A stretch of 64,000 bases of DNA from NCBI RefSeq assembly GCF_006345805.1, contig NC_042997.1, positions 192,076,001 to 192,140,000 on the forward strand. The letters are read 5' to 3'. This DNA is from Octopus sinensis. Lineage: Eukaryota. Both the position numbers and the translations under genes were made by a program. The notes below the pieces were generated by a model, which searched no databases, was not told the DNA's origin, and worked only from the letters and a program-made list of their open reading frames with translations. This document shows, in pieces, positions 11,595 through 24,100 of the stretch; within the stretch, counting starts at the first letter, position 1, and every line of letters begins with the position of its first letter.

Positions 11595-13950
11595 TAGTTT
11601 TTACAAAAAAAAGACGAAGAAAAGAAGAAAAATAGAGGAAAAAATAAGAAAAGGGGAGAGAAGAAAGAGACAAAAACAAAAACAAAAAAACAATAATGCA
11701 GCATCAAGTGCTTCAATTGGTCTCACACCAGGAGGTTCAATGGGATCTACTGAAGCGAGCCAGCACACTTGCAGCATTACCACGGGTGATGGCGAGGTTG
11801 AGGCGTTGGAAAAGCTAAGCACCCTCACGGACATCACCTGACACTTCGGTAAGGCGAGTTGCCAATGATGACAAGAACATTGCCATTAGTGGTCCTGTCC
11901 CTTCAAACGTCTCAAACGCCATAGGTTAGAAGAAATAGTTCACTGCCAGATCCCAATACTTCAGGGTTTTGTTCCGTTCGGCTACGGAAGCAGTGACCCT
12001 CCCGTTTACCGCAGCATCCAGGGTGTGGGAGGAAGCAAAAGAGTCACAGACCGTGGTGTCCCAAATGAGGTAGCTACCTCTTACCCTGGGACAGAGGGTA
12101 AAACCCGTCTGGTCGCTTTCCATTACTTCTGGATAATCGCACCGGCTCCAGAATTGAGGTATATTATTCCGAGCCAGGATCCACTTAATGATTAGATTTA
12201 GCTCGGTGTGATGAGCGACACGACCAGCATTTAGGCGGCAAGACAGACCGTGAAAACCTGTGGGATCAAGGGCCTACCACAGCGACTTCTCAGCCACCTA
12301 CAGACGTCAGTTCCCACTCTGAGTGTGGTGGAGATGTGGAGTTCATCTTGACTGAGTAGACCTCCAATGTTGGCCACAGACGGGGCATCAATCCAGCCCC
12401 ACCGAGAATTTTGCACATGCAGAAAGTAGGCGACACCTTGAAAATTGATCAGATTGATCAAGAGGAGAGATGAAAGTGGTACCTGAACGCAGATTGTCCC
12501 ATATTCTCTACTTCCGTCTATCCTCAAATGTAACAGGAACTAATACACTCAGCTCTCTCCACTGTAACAGAGCTTCATCCTTCTCCCTGTTGGAATTAGT
12601 CGATGTTGGAGAGGAAAGGATTTGCCTACTAAAGGGGAGTAAGCGTGGATGGAGTGAAAACGGAAGAGATAAAGACGAGCACTTGTGCAGACCTAGATCT
12701 CCCCAAACCGTTCGGGCAAAGCAGCTTCGTCGCGGGAGTCTGGGGAAAAGTTTGACATTGACCAAGCTTTCGAGTTTCCTGAAGATTAGGTCATCAAAGT
12801 ATTTTAGGGACGACAAGAATCTGTAAGAGGGACTAACTCACAGAAAATACAATAGCTTAGGAATTGACAAGTAATTCCTAAGTATAAAAAAAAAACTGTT
12901 GGTTGGACTCAGTTACTTGAAGGTTTTTTTAAAAGCTGTTCAAGGTTAGCCTTTTGGATCGAAAGATGAACTCAAAAGCTGGGTCAGTAATTGGGGCTCG
13001 AAGGGAGCATCACGCTGATGCAGGAGAAACCGCGATAGAGGGGAGGGGGTCTGTAAATAGTTTAATAGTCTGCTCATGCGAAGCCAGATGGTTGAATGAT
13101 CTGAGTTCGCATTTGGAGCTGTTAACGCTAAGGCCCCTACGACCAAGTTCCTTAATCATCGTCCTCGCAGTTGCCACCACCTTGTCAGGAGGGCCTCCTA
13201 AACAAGCATCATCGAGGTACCAGACACTTTAGTCTAGGTCAGCTCCCATCTTGTTAATATCATTAATACCCAATGCAAATAGCGTAGGACCGAGTGGACT
13301 CCAGAGGCAGATGGGATGAGGTGATCACCAAAGAAGAGGTAGGAGGGCTCCTGATGGGCTCGCCAAGCAAAGTGATTAAGTTGTGGGGCATTCACCCTTA
13401 CTGCACGGTGGATGACGTCCCGACTTATGGAATTAAAGGCATTCCTAAGGTCTAGTTTGAGGATGGCCTTTGGGGACTCAGGAGGCAAGTTGGTGAAAGT
13501 GGCGTGAGCCTCACAACCTAGCTCAGTACCCACTTCTAGCTGAATTGGGGAAAATTTAACGGACAGGCAGTTAGAAGCTGAGAACAGACACACTTTTGCT
13601 GTGAGTCGTCGCAGAGTACAACCAGCTGCTATGGGGCGGAGTCCACAGTTGGGTTCTAGGAACAGGAGACGAATGTAGATTTAAGGAACAGGGGACGAAT
13701 GTAGGCAAGGACACTCTCGGATGAGAACAAGTTTATGAACTGCGTTGGGTTCTCTATGAGCTCGAGACCATCATCACCAGCTAACAGGGAGTTGCTATCC
13801 TTGAGATGCTGAGGTCATAGGTCATCGATCCCAGCGCCAGAACCCGCTGGAAAAGATACAATCGCCTTCCTGACATTGTCGGAGGCGAAAACAAATTGTA
13901 GAAAACTTGGTGGGTCAGGCCAGTGTAGGTGATCGTTCGGAGGGGGTCGA
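11595..13950 (-). mobile_element. CRE-clade non-LTR retrotransposon (RT + CCHC + restriction-like endonuclease), 5'-truncated and decayed
   Basis: SFPAGSGAGIDDL*PQHLKD, PIQLEVG..GCEA, LKLDLRNAFNSISRD, WYLDD, (C)RCG..DPTGFHGLSC, GKRPDG, WDTTVCDSFASS, AERNKTLKY, FQRLNLAITRGNAASV; frameshifts and stops present. Confidence 0.85.
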
Positions 13951-14490
13951 TCGGAATCTGTGAAAAAGTTTTTCCGAGGGTGTGGAGAGGAGTTTCGGAA
14001 AACTCACTCGAGTTGGCTTTGTTTCCTTATAACTTTCCGAAAATGGATATTTTTTAAATGGAATTTTCTATAAATACCTTTTAAGATTGTGTATATACCG
14101 ATTACATCGGAGTTAAAAAATGGTAGGCTCGCACACACACATCTGACATATCGAAAATGAAACATGAAATTTCGAAAATATTGTGATGTGTGTCAGTATG
14201 TATGCGTGCGAGTCTACCAATTTCTTTTTTATATTAAATTCCGATATAATCGCAATCTACACCATCTGAAATGTATTTGTAACATTTTATTAGAAAATAC
14301 CCATTTCTCTGAAAGTTATGAGGAAGGAAAGTCGACGTTTGTGAATTTTCAGAAACTTCCCCTTCACGCTCGGAAAAACTTTTTCACAATAAATTCCGAT
14401 ATAATCAGAATCTGTACCATCTGAAACATTTTAGTAAAAAAATTGCACTAAAAATATCCATTTTGCAGGAAGTTATGAAGAAACGAAGTC
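13950..14490. mobile_element. Foldback/MITE-like palindromic element with internal sub-repeats
   Basis: 13950-14150 is a diverged reverse complement of 14190-14400 (shared tgtgaaaaagtttttccgag, ataactttc, ggtagRctcgcac). A further partial repeat runs to about 14490. Confidence 0.6.
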
Positions 14491-14968
14491 GATGGGGTAC
14501 AGTTGTGTAGGTATGCCCCTTTTTTTCGAGCAGCGGGTCGCACTACTAAAAGAAAATTCAAGGTAATTTTTTGTTTAGACATGCCTTTCAGAAAGTCTCG
14601 TAGGCCATAGTTTGCCCACGACTGTATTAAACCTTCATCAATATTCTTTAGTCCCACGTAAGTCTTGATTGAGAAAGATCAATGATCATAAATAAGTATT
14701 CCAGCTATGACAAACCCGTCTCTTCGTATATCAAAGACCACATTGTCTATTTTGTTATTCCTTTTCTAAGACAGCCGGGTGTGATTTAAAGAACATTTAG
14801 TTACTTTAATCGAGCTGTCAGTATTAGAAGCTCCCCATCCGAAGCTCATTAACTGATTTTATTTGTCCCAACAGCTGAGTCGAGTCGAAAAAACCACGAA
14901 TGAATGGAACAAAAACTGGGAGAGAACTCTCTTTTAACTCTTGCAAAAAAAGAGCCCGAAAGTTGTAT

Positions 14969-14983
14969 CAAAATGGCGCAGTA
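14969..14983 (+). promoter_or_regulatory. YY1-like motif CAAAATGGCG with a minimal ORF ATG GCG CAG TAA; possible promoter/TSS region
   Basis: Matches the YY1 core AAnATGGC within CpG-retaining unique sequence upstream of DDX42. Confidence 0.3.
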
Positions 14984-17900
14984 ACTCTACAGTCTCTCTA
15001 GCGGCCGAACATACAACATTTGTGTTTCATATAAATATTCCGGTGAGATTTTTTCCACCTTTATTTATTTTACAATGATAAACTAACCCACCTTGTAAAG
15101 CTACAGATCACACTGTATATTATAGTGGCATGTATCAAGAAATATCGTGGATATTTTAGCTATGTATCGTTGTGTCACTTGAGATTGTAAGCTTGTGTTA
15201 GCAATCTCTTCAACATTTCTTGTTAATCTATTTCTGTCTCACCTCTCAGCATGTATCAACAGTGTATTTTTCAAAAAAATATATATATTAGTTTGCTGTA
15301 AAATTTCAACTTCCTCTCGTTAGCATTTAATTAATAATATCGCCGAATGTATGCGTGTATAGAATTCCATTGACTTCGGTATATGCGTTATGTATGTCTA
15401 TAAATATCGATTACCTTTAATTTGTATCTAATCATTTGCTACTTTGGATATTTTTTGCGAGATAAATACTTTTAACATTATATGAACGACTAGAAACCTG
15501 ATTTTATTAGAAGCGCAACTTATCTTTTTTCTTTTTATTTTGATAATATTTCTTAAATTTTTTCCGAGAAAAGATGTTGCATCTTCTTATTTTATATTAA
15601 CGCTCCATCTATAACATTACTTGGAATATCCATCACTTTCAAGGGTAATAAAAAAAATATATTTATTTCTATTTCAAATCCAGAAAAAATTGTACAAATT
15701 CCTAAGCGTGAATGTGGAGGATAAACTGTGTCTTGTGTTACAAGATCCAATGTCTTATTTATAAACGGTGCCAATTCTGCTACCGCCTAAACTCAAGTTC
15801 TTTTTTCATATGGAGAAATATTTTTTCTTAATATGAAATAAATATATTCTTGTAATTTAAATAACGTAAATTAATCAAATAATTCAATAACAGCATTTTT
15901 AAATACGTTGTTTATAACCCTATATGAGCTATCGAGCTGACCTCTGGTCAAAGGTACTCCTGCTTTGATTACCCCATCTTTCATTCAGACACAGTGTATC
16001 TAGGACTACATCATCAGATGTATACTTTTTACAAAAGACTAAGAGTATCATAAGTAGATTTGACCGATACTTTTAACAGGTCGAACGGCCTCTTAAAAGC
16101 CTCACTTGGTTCACATATTGATTGATAAGATTCTCTTCGGCTCAGGCGGTTTCTTACTGGAACTAAGTAAAAAAACAAAACCAATTCGGTCTTAATATTT
16201 TTTTCATAAAACAATGAATTAGAAGCATTTTAAAAGAACTTATATTTTACGTTAGAAGTATTTTTAAGCGCACCCCAAATAGTTCAAAGTGATAGTAAAT
16301 CAATTTTTTCGCCTCCATCGTCGGTTGTTTTGTTCGCAATCAGGTCAACTCGGACCAAGTAGATCTATGATCAAAGACAGTCCAACCTGTACCATCTCGT
16401 CTTTTTAGGGATTATCTAGTTCTACATTGTCTAAACATGTACTCCCCATTTTAAGACGGAAGGCTGCGACTTATTTGAAGAAAATTTGGGTAGAGGCTCC
16501 CATGTTGACTCAGAGTCCTGTATTTAAGCCTTGTAATTTAATGTAGCTGGAAAAATAAACCCCATTTTTATTGTTTAAAATGCCGCTAAACTGTCATTAC
16601 GCTTCATAGGACATTGTATCAAAAAGTTATTTTACTACGCTTAAATAAGAATGTACCTGAATAATAGATACATACGCACGCACGTACGCTACATGACATA
16701 AATCTTACACCGTCTTTGTCAGCTGTTGACTAGAGTTCGCTACGATTTCTATATCCTCCGATTGTCTCACGTTCAGACCAACGATGTTGAACAGCATTGA
16801 TGATACCAAGGACTAGCTGGGCTCTTTGGGCCTACTTTGTAGCACGCTTTTTTCTCTTGATTGTATGTGTGTGTGTGTGTGTGAGAGATTAAGCAAACTC
16901 CAGAGAGACTAGTGTTGGTCTGCATCGGCGAGGCTTGTGATATCTAGTGAAATCGATAAAATCGAAAATACAGTGAACTTGCCATGGGGAGTGGAAAATC
17001 TTACGCTACAGATAGTCCTTCGTCAGCGAAAAGTTGACAGATATTAATTTCTTCTCAAATTTATGCTGAAGTGTGACTTTGTCCAAAAAAGTGGATTTTC
17101 TACTCTCCATGGCAAATTCACTGTACTCTTTTTATTGATTTCATTATATATATATATATATACACATACATACATACATATACGCATGAGGGAGTGCTGA
17201 GAAGTTACTGGCTTTAAGGGAATCACAAAAGGCCTGGTTGGAGGTCCATCTTTCTGAGTTCTTTTGCAAGGATTAGGAAAACTGAAGGACCACTGCAATC
17301 GATGTGTGAATCTGAGGCAGGGATATGTTTAATAAAATCATAATTAACTGATCCTCCTGTATTTTCTTTTACTCGAAGTCAGGAGCTTCTCAGCATATCC
17401 CGTGTGTGTGTGTGTGTGTCACATAACTGGCACCCATGTAAAAAACACCTTTCGAGTGTTGGAGCCTCACAGAGGCAAAGTGGCTGAGTTCCTTACAAGC
17501 ATTGGGCCTCACTGAAGCAAAATGGCTGACTTCCTTTCGAGCATTGGGCTTCACAGAGGCAAAGTAGCTGCACACCTTTCAAGCGTTAAACCTCAGTGGG
17601 GGAAAAATGGCTGAGTTCCTTTCAAGTGTTGGGCCTCATAGAAGCAATGACTGAGACTTTTGGCATTATGTTGTGTTTGAGAAGAAGACCCATCAACCCG
17701 AGCAAAATTGCTGTCGTGGCAGATACCAGTGTCATGCAAATGGCATCCGTGCCAGTGACATGTAAAAGCACCCATTACACTCTTGGGGTGGTTGATGTTA
17801 AGAAGGGTATCCAGCCATAGAAAACCATGCCAAATCAGACTGGAGTCTGATGCAGCCTTCAAGCATGTCAGCCCCAGTCAAACCGTTCAATCCATGGACA

Positions 17901-20900
17901 ATGGACATTAAATGATGATGATGTGTGTGCTAAAAGTCATACACCGAAACATTTATCACATTATTATTATTATTATTCATTTTGTTCATCATGTACAATT
18001 GTGTGTGTATTTATTATTTATTTTGTTCATATTTATAGAAATTGAAGCATGTCTGAATGTGTTGAACTTTTGTGTGTGACTTCTGGCCCACCCTGTATAT
18101 ATATATATATATATGTTTTATATCTTTCTGATAATGACATGACACCCCTGATAAACTGTATCTACATACAGTTTATATATTATGCATTCTGTTATATTAT
18201 TTTAATGAATGTGTTGTCCTACTTCTTTTATCTCTATACATCAGTCTTTTCATGCTAAAATAATTCCACGTAACTAGAAATAGGAAGAGGAAGGAACCAC
18301 TGGCAGCTGTTTGACTGGAGTAGTAAAGGATGTAGTAATGATGGATGAGTGATTACTTGAGATGGATGTTCAAAGAAGAATGCTGCTGATTTAGAGTAAG
18401 CATTGTAGAAATAGACCCCAGAATGGTCTTTGGTCTTCTTTTTTTATTTTTGCGATGAAGGCCTAAGGGCTGAAGCATAAATTGAAAACTTATGACAAAT
18501 GTTACATGTTATTTTTGTTGTTAGGTCTATGATCAAAAGTGTTCAAGCCGTGACAATCCTGTCTTCTTAGGGGTATGTAAGGATTAAACTTTTCCTTTTC
18601 TTATTTAAGATGTTGGGGGTGTTTGTTCCTCATTTTGTTCAACCCTTTAACTACAAAATTAAATTTCATGGTTATTCCTGTAATGATGTTAAATATCTAA
18701 CCCCGCCCTCAAAAAATAGAATTGTTATTTTCTGCAAGTCCTGTTGCTTCAATAAACTTGATATATCTCAACAAAAAATAGTTTCAAACATGACATACCC
18801 TAACAAAAGATTAATTTGTGTCTAAAATGGGTTTTGCAGTTAAGAGTAATGAAATTTTGTGTGGATATATCTGATTTAGGGTGGCGAACTGGCAGAAACG
18901 TTAGCACGCTGGGCGAAATGCGTAGCCATATTTCATCTGCCATTACATTCTGAGTTCAAATTCCGCCGAGGTCGACTTTGCCTTTCATCCTTTCGGGGTC
19001 GATAAATTAAGTACCAGTTATGCACTGGGGTCGATGTAATCGACTTAATCCATTTGTCTGTCCTTGTTTGTCTCCTCTGTGTTTAGGCCCTTGTGGGTAG
19101 TAAAGAAATATATATATATCTGATTTCCACAGTAAGATGGTTAATGTCTTTCCATGGAAGCATGGGTTTAGATGGGACAGCAGGATATTAAATGATGATG
19201 TTGACACTCTTCTTTATCCACTTTTCAAGTAAAGGATTTATATTTTTATTCCATAAGTGCTTCAAAAGTACATAGCAGCTGGTCATAATGTCAACAAGGA
19301 TTGTAAATATAATTTACCATTTCGCTCAAGCAAAGCTGTGAGGTGTCAGCATTCATGCAGAATCATTAGTGCATCATAAAAAATGGCAATTACACACACA
19401 CACATATATTTCTTTATTGCCCACAAGGGGCTAAACATAGAGGGGACAAACAAGGACAGACAAAGGGATTAAGTCAATTACATCAACTCCAGTGCGTAAC
19501 TGGTACTAAATTTATCGACCCCGAAAGGATGAAAGGCAAAGTTGACCTCGGTGGAATTTGAACTCAGAACGTAACGACAGACGAGATACAGCTGCACATT
19601 TTGCCCAGCATACTAACGATTCTGCCAGCTCGCCGTACATATATATATAGGTGCAAATCTAGCTGTGGGATTAACCAACTTCATTCCTAACCATTTTTCA
19701 GGATTAGTCTCATTTTATGGCACCTTAGGCAGGTGTCTTCCACTCTTGCCCCAGGCTGACCAAATCTTTGTAAGTGAATTTGGTAGATGGAGACTGAAAG
19801 AAACTTGTCATATATATGTTTGTGTGTGTGGTTGTGTGTACTCTTGTCTTGTGATGCTTATAAAAGAGTATCACCATCATACAAATGAGGGCTGGGGACA
19901 AGAAGTGCATCAAACTGAAGAAAGCTTGCCTCGAAAATTTTCAACTAATGCTTGCAGGCATGTGTAGACATAGTCGAGTGGTGAAAAAGTCTGTTTATCA
20001 AACATGTAATTCCAAGTTCAGTCCCACTGTGTGACACCTTGGGCAAGTGTCTTCTACTATACATCTGATCCAACCAATGCCAAGTAAAGGAATTTCATAG
20101 ACAGAAACTGAAAGAAACCCATTACATATGTTTTTGAGTGTGAGACTGTCTGTTAATATTTGTAACCTACCCTGAGCTGTGGCTACAAATGGTAATGTAA
20201 TTTTTGTCACTGGACAGCAACCACTGTCATTTACTGACATCTCATGTCAGCAACTCACCCGCTAATTCTGAACCTTTGAATTTCTCTGGAATAAAAAATC
20301 CTTTAGTTGAAAAACAAGGAAAGTTAGCGACAGGAAGAGCATCCAACCAGCCTTTTGTTGACAAATACTGTGCAAGTGAAATTAGTAGATATCTTTGTGT
20401 ACCAGTGTAAAGCAGACAACAAATCAAGGCCCTGTATGCCCAAGAGGTAAAACTTAGGCATTTAATAAATATTGATTGCAAAAATAAGCACCAGAAGGAA
20501 ATAAATACTAAGGTTAATATCCTTAATGAAAATTTTTGAATATTCTGGGATAACTATGTTTGATGAAAATTCTTGAATGTAGTTACCCCAGCATGGCCAT
20601 AATTCCACTACTGACTGTTGTAAATGAATAAAGGAAGAGAATATATTATGGCTAGCTGTGTTGTTAAAAAATTTGCTACTATGTGGTTTAGGTTTCAGTC
20701 CTCCTGCATAGCACTTTGGGTAAGTGCCCTCTTCTATAGCCCTGGGCCAACTAAAGTCTTGTGAGTGGATTTAATAGATGGAAATTGAAAGAAGCCCATT
20801 GTGTACATATATGTGTGCGTGTATGTCTCCTTCCCTTGACTTGGTGTGCCAATTAAAAACGAGCATCACTGTCATAAAAGCACTACCCTTTGTTTCCAAT

Positions 20901-21121
20901 CTTCCATGAAAACATGTCTGGCTATGAGGAAATATCTTGCTTGGAAGCAGAAAGGGTATAAAAAACCTGCCTCAACCAATTCCATTTGACCGTTGCAAGT
21001 ATGGAACACTGATATTCGTGTAAGTGTGTGTGTGTGTGTGTGTGTTTGCATGTTTAGATATAATTTGAAAATATCTTCTAAGTTCTGTTTTTTAATAAGG
21101 AAAGAACAACACTTGAAAGTC

Positions 21122-21173
21122 ATGGATAGAAGACGCTACTTGAATTTTTCCAAGGCTGATGGGAAATCTGAAG
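21122..21173 (+). CDS. DDX42: DDX42 first coding exon ([18 protein letters not shown])
   Basis: ATG at 21122, donor G|GTAAGT at 21173/4. Phase 1 matches the next exon, which has no ATG before its conserved NKGG motif. Likely acceptor at 21098-21099. Confidence 0.75.
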
Positions 21174-24100
21174 GTAAGTGTACTTTGAATATTTGATAAT
21201 GATTGTTAATGATTTTGATTATTTTTGGCTGTGAGTTGACAAAAATGAGCAATGTTGCCTCTGTTCACTTTAGTGGAATTTTTACTTGTATCTAGTTTTT
21301 TTTCATCCTTTTTACTTTTGGCTTCCAACATATTTCCTACCCAAACACAAGTACTCACGTATTGTCAGTCACTGAAGAATAAGGTTTAACACATGACCTA
21401 TGTTGTTGTTGTTGTTGTTTAGACCCAAGTTAAGCAGATCTTTGATCAGAGGCCACAACTAGTCTAGCCTTGACCACTCTTTATTCTCAGCTATAGTTTA
21501 TCTCGGACTGTATTCAGCTAGGTGCCCTGCCTGTGACCAGAGATTGAATTGCCAAGAATCTCCAGTCCCTTCTGTCCAGTGCTGCATACATACAATCAAC
21601 CAGGCTCTTGTTTCCAGTCCATTCTCTTATCTTCAACCTACAAATATCTTTGATTACCCCTTGCTCTCTTCCCCTCAACACTTCCTCTTGAGATGATCTT
21701 GGGCAATGACTTGTGGTGCATATCATCATCATCATCATCGTTTAACGTCCGCTTTCCATGCTAGCATGGGTTGGACGATTTTGACTGAGGGCTGGCGAAC
21801 CAGATGGCTGAACCAGGCTCCAATCTTGATCTAGCAGAGTTTCTACAGCTGGATGCCCTTCCTAACACCAACCACTCCGAGAGTGTAGTGGGTGCTTTTT
21901 ACATGCCACCAGCATGGGGGCCAGTCAGGCAGTACTGGCAACGACCTTGCTCGAATCTTTTTACACATGCCACTGGCACAGGTGCCTTTTACATGCCACC
22001 GGCAAGGAAGCCAGTCAGTCGCTCTGGCAAACCATATATTCCATATATTTTTTTTTTCAAGGGCAGAGGATGATTTATAAGAGATTTTTGCTGTTATTTC
22101 CAGCAGTGTGAGTGACCACATGTAGAAGCTTTCCCATTGATTTATATCAATCTCTGTAATATCTCTTAATGAGTACAATTCAATAGGTGGTGAATTGAGA
22201 GTTCTTAGAGCATCAAAACTGAATGTCTCTAGTGTTTGTTCTGAAACCTGGCATTTTGAGTTCAAATCATGCTGAGGTCTACTTTGCTTTCCATCCTATT
22301 GGGAGTCAGTATTAAAAAAATGTTTCAATCTAGGCTGTTGGGTTAATAGAACTGATGATGATGATGATGATGATACAAGGTTAGATCAAAATGGTTTTTG
22401 ATATTTGTTCTGGCACTTTGCATTCAGACTCCAAATCATACCATGGCCTCATTCAGTAATTGGTTTAAATCACCTGGTTTAACACCACCATCTAGCACCA
22501 TGTGTGCCTTTAGCTTAGTCCTCTCAGTTACAAACATTCAAGCCAGGTCTCTGATTTGAGGATACCTTTCCCCTTTTCTCTCATTAGTCTTGGAGGCCCT
22601 CTCTCTTGACTTGAAAAGAAGTCAAAATAAAATATACATCATCAGCCATGGTCATCAGTCATTTTTCTCTCTCTCTCTCCCACCTTCCTTCCTTCTCCTC
22701 TGTTCTACTGGGATGGCCAAGTATCTCCTCTATAGTAAGACAATTATTGCTGTCCCTCTATTATACTCTACCCTCTTGCCTAGCACACATCCACTTCCTT
22801 TGGTTCCACTTCCTCTCTCAACTAAAAGGTCTTTGTCTTGTGAATGAGTTACTTGGCAACCATGCTGGTTCTGGTGCCATGTGAAAAGCACCCAAGCCAG
22901 TGTCACCTATGACACCTGTCACATAAAAAGCACCTGTGCTGGTGCCACTTAAAAAGCATCCAGTATGCTCTGTAAAGTGGTTGGCATTAGGAAGAATACC
23001 CAGCTGTAGAAACGATGCCAAAAAAAGACAATTGAAGCCTGGTGCAGCTCTCTTGCTTGGAAGCTCCTGTCAAACCATCCAACCCATGCCAGCTTAGAAA
23101 ACAGACGTTAAATGATGATTATGATGGTGACAAAATAAACCATGCAATCATTCTGTAAATAAACACATAATGTCATTCCTCATATTTGTGATATCCTGCA
23201 TCCACTGAATGTGATATCTATCACCAGTCTTGTATTTGTCATCAGATGCATGTCTGTTATTGTTTCTTGCTGTCATATTTATTTCTTTATTGCTCCCAAA
23301 CTTTTAGTTTTGATGTGAATGGTGGAGAAGTTTCTCACACCCGCTTTTGGCAAGCATCTGATGATTAGTGTATTTCTTCCCCTACATCCCTATATTTCCT
23401 TCACTTCATTAGCATTTGTGAGGACACTATGTAGTTTGCGAATCTAAGAAACTCAAGACTTTGACTTGATACTGGGAGGCGAAGATTAAATTGTGAGAGA
23501 AGTGTGTGGGGCAGAGTAGCGCACACTGTATAGTGGTTGATGTCAGGAGAGTCATCTAGCTGTAGAGTCCATGTCAAAGCTGACATTAGAGCATGATGCA
23601 GTCTTTGGCCCTATTGGATCCTGTCAAATAGTATGGAACATGGATATTAAGTGATGATGATGATGCTGAATGTTGATGATTACATCTGTCACTAGCATCA
23701 AATATCATCATCATCATCGTTTAACGTCCGCTTTCCATGCTAGCATGGGTTGGACGATTTGACTGAGGACTGGCGAACCAGATGGCTGCACCAGGCTCCA
23801 ATCTGATCTGGCAGAGTTTCTACAGCTGGATGCCCTTCCTAATGCCAACCACTCCGAGAGTGTAGTGGGTGCTTTTTACGTGCCACCAGCATGATATATT
23901 GTTACTCTCAAATGTAATATTTGTCATTAAATACAATATTTTTCCTACAGGATTTCCTACACAAACTCACTACAAACTCATGTTAGGAAATCTTTCTCTC
24001 TACTATCCAACCATCATCATCATCATTGTTTGATGTCCGTTTTATATGCTAGCATGGGTTGGACGGTTTGACCGAGGGTCTGGGAAGCCAGGAGGCTGTG

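Noticed and set aside
16029-16797. Possible minus-strand exons (16709-16797 and about 16106-16162)
   Set aside because: Splice-like sites exist, but the frames conflict or stop and the peptide is not recognisable.
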